Assembly: GCA_951406725.2 (NCBI GenBank)
Contig: OX597818.1
Location: 100,812,001 to 100,876,000 of the forward strand
Direction of reading: 5' to 3'
DNA length: 64,000 bases
DNA from: Octopus vulgaris
Lineage: Eukaryota
Below the pieces are notes generated by a model. The model saw nothing but the letters and a program-made list of their open reading frames with translations, did no database searches and had not been told where the DNA came from. Below are positions 56,009 to 64,000 of the stretch, piece by piece; the first letter of the stretch is position 1; every line of letters starts with the position of its first letter. A program made the position numbers and the translations under genes.

Positions 56009-56102
56009 CCTTTACTCTCGACACATGTTTCGAAGACAGCATATTTTCATTCCGAAGGAATAAAGGGTGCATTATGCAATCTTCTCATCAGGAAAGAAAA
56101 GG
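56009..56102 (-). ncRNA. Type I hammerhead ribozyme, intact core
   Basis: Minus: CCTTTTCTTTC-CTGATGA-GAAGA...TCTTC-GAAA-CATGTG-TC-GAGAGTAAAGG (GUC cleavage triplet). Confidence 0.85.
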
Positions 56103-56186
56103 AGCCTCTCTCAACAACAAGACAAACAAAAATTTCGATGATTGCCTACATGGTAACCAAAGCGATAATGAGTGTTTTTTTTTAAA

Positions 56187-56226
56187 AATCCGTTATAAGC
56201 ATTGACGTCAATGCTTATAACGGATT
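56187..56226. repeat. Perfect 40-bp palindrome
   Basis: AATCCGTTATAAGCATTGAC|GTCAATGCTTATAACGGATT. Confidence 0.97.
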
Positions 56227-57140
56227 GTTTTTAACAGTTAAGCTTCGTGCAATTGCCATACTCGATAACGAGGGAGCAGCCGGCATGTAAGTGTGTACGT
56301 ACGTATCTATGTATATATGGCGGTGTTGTTTTTCTCTAATTTTCGAGCATGAATGTATAATATAATGAACGTATAACTGCTGTTCATATAGTAATTATAT
56401 ATAACATTGCTATATATATTTAGACACCTAATAAATTACAGTTCGAAGGTTGTGCAATCTTTTGAAGAAGGAAAGCTTCAATTGTAATAAATTCAAAAGT
56501 ATATCAGTATATGGCTGCTGTCTGCCTATTGGTTAATGAGATTTTGCATACACACACACACAGTTACATATGCGCTGACAGAGACACGCACGCACGCATA
56601 CACAAATGTTTGTGTGTATATGTTTGTGCATATTTGTGTTTATGCTATTTATATTTTAGAAATGACCGGTGTGTCCGCTTACACAAATAGTTTAATTGCC
56701 TACTACTTTTCACATATCATAATTAACGTGTGTAAATGAATCCCACGGAGCACTCAAATCACATATCTAGGTATTCCATTATCGATTAATACAGACGTAA
56801 CGGCTACAAAATGTACTTTGAAACTCTTCTACTGTGTTATGATAACTCTGTAACATTACCGCAGCAGTAATTAAACATATCGTTTGAACATCCTTAATAC
56901 ATTTGTTGTTATTTTAATACTAGTAATCGGTATATTTTGCCTGTGATATAAGTTTTCTCTTCTTTGTTGTGTAATCGACGGTGATTTGGTGAGGTATTTT
57001 TCATAACGTGTTTCCATATATAACAGTTACAAGTGATAAAGAAATGCGTATTATTTTAGACGCTCTCCAAAACATCCGAATGAATCGAAACACTTAATAT
57101 AGAAAATGAATACACATTTCGCTCTCATATACGCCCTTAA

Positions 57141-57194
<54 letters not shown>

Positions 57195-57222
57195 AGAAAA
57201 AAACAACAAAAATAGATCAATA

Positions 57223-57312
57223 TTTCGGTACAATTGTTTCGTACAAAGACCACCTTTATTAAGGCTGCAAATATTGCAGCAAATACACGTGACCCGTACT
57301 CATCAGCCGAAA
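57223..57312 (-). ncRNA. Type I hammerhead ribozyme in the pLTR
   Basis: Minus: TTTCGG-CTGATGA-GTAC...GTAC-GAAA-CAATTG-TA-CCGAAA. Confidence 0.9.
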
Positions 57313-58429
57313 AAACATTTGAGTTCTCAAAACATCTAATGGGGTGAGGCTACACTCATGAAACATCAGGGATAGTTCTATAAAAATCAGATTTAGATAA
57401 TAATCGGACTTCCAAAATTCTTTAATGTTGCACAGTCAAATAACAGGCTTTAAAATAGTATTTTAAAAAACCTCTTAATTTCACAGAAATTGAAAATGTA
57501 AATCCATCCATAATAGGTTTGAATTCTGGAGATATGAGGAGAGATTTCATACTCACAGACGATGTATTTATCCATAATTAGTTCATAATAAAGTGGGTTT
57601 CCTGATGTATGATGGTATGCTGGTTGCATTTCTGATAATTTCTCAAAACTGCTATGTTAGAATTAACTGAAAGAAAATTTAGTGGAGCGTAGAGACAATC
57701 ACTCACATAGGGTATAATAGGGGTAACTGAGAGGAAGTGGGGTTGTAAATATCCAACTACGCAGAATAGTTTATTTCAGTGGAGACAAACTGACTGGGTC
57801 AGAATTTGTAAGAATCTCAGTGTTTTAAAAAGGAATGCTAATCTTGACCAGTATTATGTTGTTAATTGCTATATAAAGAGGACACGGGAAGGTAAAGGCA
57901 GGTCAAAGTTTGTCAATATGGGAATGAGCATTAACAGATTTCAGTGCAACACTAGAAAGGGGGTCATTCAATTTATTTCTTTATTTATTAATGTTACTAC
58001 TTATACATTGGTAGACTTTGGGACTACATTTAGGGGTCAAAAGAAAGAATTGGGAGTATTGTTTTTCATAATGAAAAATCGTTATATTATTTCTATGGGA
58101 TTAGCTTTAATTTACTTATAGTATATAAAATAATTACGAAGTTTTATTAACTTATTTGCTTTAAGTTGTTTTACCTAAATTAGAAAATATTTAGATTAAA
58201 TTAATTTAAATTATTTATATAGTCTATGAGAATGAAATTTTTTTAGCAACTAATTTATTTATTTATGTTCCAAATCTGGTTCATTTAGAGAGAAAATAAC
58301 CATAGCTTATGAGCTTGCAGCTATCTATTTAAAGTATATAATATATAAGAGTATTGCTTTATTATTATAATAAGCAAGATAGACAAATCACAAAATGGTT
58401 TTATATACGGTTATCATTTAAAATATTTT

Positions 58430-59865
58430 AGAGTCTTAATTCTAGCGTGAATACAAGATCTACCCAATTCTATACGGTTATTCAATAAGTCATCATTTCT
58501 TCTGTGCATTAGTATTTCAATTGTTTCCATGGAGCAAAGTTGGCAACCAACTCTGTTATTTTTATAAGGTATCGCTCTTCTAACTAATTTCCAGAATTAA
58601 TTTGAATCTACTCTGAATATCCGATAGAATCGCACAGTTGAAAGGAACATTAAGCCACATTATATCTTTCTTATTAAATTTCGTTGAATTAGAATTGCGG
58701 TTAGTTGAATCATTCCTACTCCCACCAGAGTCGTTGTATTTATTAATCTTTCTATTTGCATGCTTCTTAGTTTTATCTAAATTTATCCTCTCCGAGTTAT
58801 CTATGTTCTGGTCTATGTTCCTATCTTTATTTTTATTTTCATTTAGATTTGTTGTCACCGTAAATTTACTTCTATTTTTATTTCTGGCGTTATCTCTATT
58901 GTTGTTTACGTGGTTATTGTTACTTCTTTTATTAGAAATATGTAAGTTCTCTTTATCAATAAAGGTAATTTTTTGGTTGTATCCTGCCTTAGATAACACC
59001 GCATTATAATGCTCCGAATGGGAGTTAAATATATCAAAATTGGATGATAATTTAGAGATTCTTAAAGAAATATTTCTTATCAAAGTATTAATTATATTTG
59101 GGGGATGATTGGATAATTTATTTACGTAACTAGTGATTTCGCCTTCTTTTCTAAATGGGTAATGTAGCTTAGAGTTAAGGTCTAATGTAATATCAAGGAA
59201 ATTTACTATTTTAGTGCCTGGTTCGTAGGTTATGCTAAGGTTGAAATATTTAAAGAACCTATTAATTTTCTTTCTAATCCTTTCAATGCTTGATTTATTA
59301 TTGCTAGGGATAACAAACAAAGCAGCATCCCTATATAGACCACCTTGTAATTCTGGGATCTCCTTTTTTTATGCATTTTAATAGATATGCGCCTACTAAA
59401 TTAGTCACCTCAGCCGAATCACTGGAACCCATGGGTATATCGAAATTATTAGGGGTGTCTGCTCTGGTTCATAATTTTCCCCCAAACTCTATAAAAGTTT
59501 TTCTAGCTAATAGTACCACGTCGATTTCTTCTCTAGATATGAGGGAGCGATTCATAGCGAATATAAGTGATTTATTTAACAGAATAGGGGAAATGATAGA
59601 GTAATAGTTATTTATGTCGAATTGAATAAAGGCCAGATTATTAGTATTGGTTAGGGAGTTAAACCATTTTAATACCTCATCGGCATTTATCCATAGACTT
59701 AAGGGAAGAAGCGGGGTTATTTGGGGTAGAACAATGTCAAGGGTAGATTTACTAAGTCGGCCAATATCTGACTTAGTTGGACAAATAAGCCTTACCGACG
59801 GGTTTTCCATAAAATTCCTTTTGTGGTCCTTAAGGTTAATTCTAGGTTCACACGGTATAAGCGGT
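58430..59865 (-). pseudogene. PLE reverse transcriptase plus partial GIY-YIG endonuclease (possibly Naiad-like)
   Basis: LKDHK.NF..NPSVRLICPTKSDIGR, FIQFDINNYY, FDIPMGSSDSAEV, GLYRDA (YxDD mutated), VNFLDITLDL, SNHPP, then PYKNNRVGCQLCSME...LLNNRIE...CIH. One TGA, a frameshift at ~59365, and the EN core is deleted. Confidence 0.92.
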
Positions 59866-60011
59866 TCTGTTTAAAGCCTGTTATTTGACTGTGCAACTTT
59901 AAAGAACTTTGGAAGTACGTTTATTATGTAAATCTTATTTTTATAGAACTATCCCTGATGTTTCATGAGTGTAGCCTCACCCCCTTAGATGTTTTGATAA
60001 CTCAGATGTTT

Positions 60012-60101
60012 TTTCGGCTGATGAGTACGAGTCACGTGTATTTGCTGCAATATTTGCAGCCTTAATAAAAGTGGTCTTTGTACGAAACAATTGTACCGAA
60101 A
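60012..60101 (+). ncRNA. Type I hammerhead ribozyme in the inverted pLTR
   Basis: TTTCGG-CTGATGA-GTAC...GTAC-GAAA-CAATTG-TA-CCGAAA. Confidence 0.9.
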
Positions 60102-60246
60102 TATTGATCTATTTTTGTTGCTTTTTTCCTGTTTATAATCACCCCGCATTATCTTATGGTTAATACCATATAGAGTTCTGGTGCATTTAAGTTAAGTACC
60201 TCATTTATGTGAATTCAACAGAACTCACTTGAATTTTAATTGCTTT

Positions 60247-60343
<97 letters not shown>

Positions 60344-60351
60344 AACATATA

Positions 60352-60561
60352 TAGGCTGTTCAAAAAGTCTATCCACAGAACTTAATGGTTTTCGGACGAT
60401 TCTTGAAAACTGATTCTTTAATTCCTTCCCAGAAAAAGAGTCTGGCAGTGTTAAATCAGGCGATCTTGATGGCCAATATCCCTTCAAAATAATCTGTTCG
60501 AAGTAGCGCCATAGTGATGCGCAGGATGAAAGAAATTCAGTGCGGAGAGACGTTTTGAACA

Positions 60562-60566
<5 letters not shown>
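60352..60566 (-). mobile_element. Tc1/mariner deletion derivative (MITE-like) in (TA)n
   Basis: TIR-like ends AGGCTGTTCAAAAAGTCT / AGACGTTTTGAACAACCT; internal WPSRSPDLTLPD motif (cf. WPPRSPDL). Confidence 0.85.
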
Positions 60567-60615
<49 letters not shown>

Positions 60616-60683
60616 TGATAAAACGGTAAGATAACAAAAGAAAGAAAGAGACCTCAATATTATGTAAATAGAGGAAATTTATC

Positions 60684-60889
60684 TATACAATATGTTACAT
60701 TACTCGGTAGTCAAGATAAAACTCTGAGTTTCAGATGCCGAAGTGGAAATCCACAACACCATCTCTTCGGTTATCTGGCTATTTGAAAACGTTTTCAAAT
60801 AGCCAGATAACCGAAGAGATGGTGTTGTGGATTTCCACTTCGGCATCTGAAACTCAGAGTTTTATCTTGACTACCGAGTAATGTAACAT

Positions 60890-60897
<8 letters not shown>
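60684..60897. repeat. 214-bp perfect palindrome with a hammerhead-like motif in each arm
   Basis: 107-bp arms centred on AAAAC|GTTTT (60790/60791) with no mismatch seen. Plus arm: AGATAA-CCGAAGA-GATG..CATC-T-GAAA-CTCAGAG-TT-TTATCT. Confidence 0.95.
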
Positions 60898-60955
<58 letters not shown>

Positions 60956-61279
60956 TTAGAGACAAAACCACTATTTTGCAAAACAAACAAGGAAAGACTT
61001 AATCAATACATAAAATTTTAATAAAAAGTCAATATATATAAATATTTATGTTTATGTGTTTTAATGTGTGTGTATATGTAGGTATGTATATATGCACGAG
61101 TCAATAAATTAAAGGTAAGAGGCATTCAATACTTTTAGTTGGAGTTGCATTTACTATTATCTAAAACAGATTGATTCGGCTGCAACCACAGAACCGAGTA
61201 AAACAGTTTTAGACCTCTGGTAATAGGATACTGTCCAATATCCCCGAATCAATCAGAGTGAGACTGATGTTTCTGAGAA

Positions 61280-61908
61280 GAAGTAGAAAACAATAACAAT
61301 GATAAACATGAGAGTATTGACCATATTGATGACGGTTTCTCCGTGCTTACCCCCTACTGAATATAAACATTAAGCATGACTGAGCTGGCCAAAACATGCA
61401 CTGGAGCTTATGTTGTCGTTTTTATATCATGCACCCTAAGAACTGTTATGATCACCATCCAGAATCAATCATTGAGAGGGAGAATGTTATCCGATGATAT
61501 TGCGGAATATATACAGACAGGTAAATGAATACTAACAGACCAGATGTCATGTATGACAAAAGACTTTCCTGTTCGTTATTATGGGAGTGTCTGCTGATAG
61601 AAAGATCGCAACAAAGGAATTTGAAAAACTGTCGAAATATAAGGAACTTCAGATTGAGATAACTAAGAGGTTAAAAAGAAAAAAAAACCTTCCCTGTGGT
61701 TGTTGCTGCCCTGGGATTGACCAAGAATGGCACTGACAAATATTGTGACAAGATCCATATGAAACAAACAATCTAGGAGAATCAAAATATTGTGTTTACA
61801 TCAACCATCTACATTCTCAGAAAGACTCTCCCCATCTAATATATAAGTGACCTACGTGTCTGGTTGACACCCGGTGGGAGGATGAAAGAAGATTAAAATC
61901 AATCGGAA

Positions 61909-61910
<2 letters not shown>
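61280..61910 (+). pseudogene. Old R4/Dong-like LINE 3' end followed by (TAA)n
   Basis: KEFEKLSKYKELQIEIT...PVVVAALGL...HILRKTL, homologous to 62233-62470. Confidence 0.8.
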
Positions 61911-61983
<73 letters not shown>

Positions 61984-62041
61984 GTGATAATAATAATAGT
62001 AAAAAAATAATACTAATGATGATGATGATAATAATAATAAT

Positions 62042-62124
<83 letters not shown>

Positions 62125-62137
62125 TAATAATAATAAT

Positions 62138-62580
62138 AGAGAAATTAAGGCCAACAGACCAGATATAGTTGTCAGAGACCATGAAGAAAAAAATGCTTTC
62201 TAATTGATGTATCAATACCGGCAGATGACAACGTGTCTCTAAAAGAAATGGAGAAACTCTCAAAATACAAAGACCTGGAAATAGAGGTAACTAGAATGTG
62301 GAATCTGAAAACAGAAACAATTCCTATCATAGTAGGTGCATTAGGCATGATAAAAAAATATTCAGACAAATACATAACAAAAACACCAGGACTTACAAAC
62401 ACATATAACATACAGAAAATTGCACTACTAGGCACTGCACACATCCTACGCAGAACACTTTCCATACAATAACCATCAGAGCATCACAACAAATCACAGC
62501 ACATACCCAAGGCACACAGAGCTGCGCTCGGTAGTGAAGTGAAAGCACGCTATAAAAATAAAAATAAAACTACTGAATAA
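62138..62580 (+). mobile_element. Young 5'-truncated R4/Dong-like LINE (REL domain plus 3' UTR) inside (TAA)n
   Basis: Uninterrupted REIKANRPDIVVRD...CFLIDVSIPADDN...KLSKYKDLEIEV...IVGALG...HILRRTLSIQ*. Confidence 0.92.
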
Positions 62581-62629
62581 TAATACTAATAATAATAATA
62601 ATAGTAATAATAATAATAATAATAATAAA

Positions 62630-64000
62630 TGAAAATACAACAACACATACATATAAAATATGGAAGGAAAATAATAGAGATATAGACTTGGATACAGCAA
62701 TGAACCCTAATAAATTAGCTAACGTACGAAGATACATTCTCAACACAAAAAAAATATCAGAAATAGAAATAGAACACCTAAAAGAAAACATACACCAGGA
62801 AAATGTAGATAGAAGCCACACAACAATGCCCAATAATATAAACACTGAAACTGTAAAACACGAAGACAAACGCAACATTCCCAACAAACACGATGTAAAC
62901 AACGAAGGGGAGCCTAATGATTATGATAATATAAAAAATGAAATAATCAAAGAACTGAAAACCACAGAGCTCAAAATGGACCACCGACCATACCTCGCAA
63001 GAATCAACATAAACAAAATAACAACACCTATTATAAACAGCATAAACCTAGCCGTCACTGAACTGATAGACACTGAATAAAAAAAAAGTGATATCACTGA
63101 ACTAAATAACCTAATATACGCAGCAGCCACTGCAGCCACAAAAGAAGCTGGATACTCACCCAAACCCGCCCAAACAGGAGTACCACCACCCAAACAAACC
63201 CTGTGGATAAATAACATCTAAAGCAAAATAAAAAAAATTAGAAAAGACCTGTCGATTCTTAATGAAATCAGCAAACAATCAACGCTACTGAGCAACAAAA
63301 AGAGAACAAAAATACTCCACAAATATAACATCACAGAGAAAGATTTGCCTGAAATAAAAGAAAAGCTGAAGCAAGATATCCTTGCCAAAGCACAAAGGAT
63401 CCGCCGGTACAAGAAACGCCAACGCTTCTTTGAAGAAAACAAAAAGTTCAACTCCAACCCCAAAAGTTCTCCCAAGAACTGGGAAAAAATAAAATAGAAA
63501 TCACTGCAGCACCAACGGCAGAAGAATTGGAAGAATTCTGGGGAGAAATATGGTCGGCGAACGAACCACCAAAAAAAGGAGTATCAGAATAATAAACTCG
63601 GCATCTGAACAACTTTGGACCCCCATAACAACTGAAGAGGTCACCCAGGCACTGCAAAGGCTAAGCAACTGGAAGGCACCTGGGCATGACAAGATCCCCA
63701 ACTTCTGGTTGAAATATCTAACAGGAATGCACAAAAAGCTGGCTGAAAACTTTAACAACGTACTAGCAGAGCCAGAGACAATGCCTGAATGGCTCACGAA
63801 GGGGAAAACCATCTTAATTCCCAAATCAAATGAAACAGAAAAACCAGAAAACTACAGACCAATAACCTGCCTCCCTACTATGTTCAAGGCATTTACTGCA
63901 GTGATATCGCAAAGGCTGAACAAGCACTTTGACGAAAACAAACTGTTCCCAGAAGAGCAGAAAGGATGCCGCAAAGGCTCATATGGCTGTAAAGATCAAC
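62630..64000 (+). pseudogene. R4/Dong-like LINE N-terminal region and start of RT (runs past the window)
   Basis: ITTEEVTQALQRLSNWKAPGHDKIPNFWLK...GKTILIPK...NYRPITCLPTMFK...FPEEQKGCRKGSYGCKDQ; several stops and frameshifts upstream. Confidence 0.92.

Larger units (their letters stand above)
57188..60137 (-). mobile_element. Penelope-like retroelement with inverted ~265-bp pLTR copies
   Basis: 57188-57453 is the reverse complement of 59871-60137 (roughly 90% by eye). Encloses a disrupted RT/EN ORF and sits next to (TA)n. Confidence 0.92.

Noticed and set aside
59469-59471. In-frame TGA in the PLE RT as possible selenocysteine recoding
   Set aside because: The context GKL*TR fits a Trp codon (TGG to TGA), and the ORF also has a frameshift and a YRDA mutation, so ordinary decay explains it.

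Overview
AT-rich, gene-poor animal genomic DNA (probably intronic or intergenic). The SINE families and dense (TA)n/(CA)n/(TATG)n/(TAA)n microsatellites resemble those I recall from Octopus genomes; this is an inference. I found no supportable host gene, and nearly all ORF-track entries are microsatellite artefacts. The window holds at least four tRNA-derived SINE families, RTE, Tx1-like and R4/Dong-like LINE remnants, a deleted piggyBac, Tc1/mariner fragments, a Chapaev3-like transposase relic and Helitron-like elements. The most notable signal is a set of Penelope-like element (PLE) repeats carrying type I hammerhead ribozymes (HHRs). Four have intact catalytic cores (8667-8752 -, 56009-56102 -, 57223-57312 -, 60012-60101 +), each with a minimal palindromic or near-palindromic stem III and an unusually long, structured stem II, and several more are degenerate. 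HHR-bearing repeats occur three times as tail-out inverted pairs (spacers of about 2.4 kb, 0.9 kb and 0), alongside other long fold-backs and a GC-rich structured island with permuted HHR motifs (about 15.26-15.42 kb). All coordinates and pairings were read by eye.
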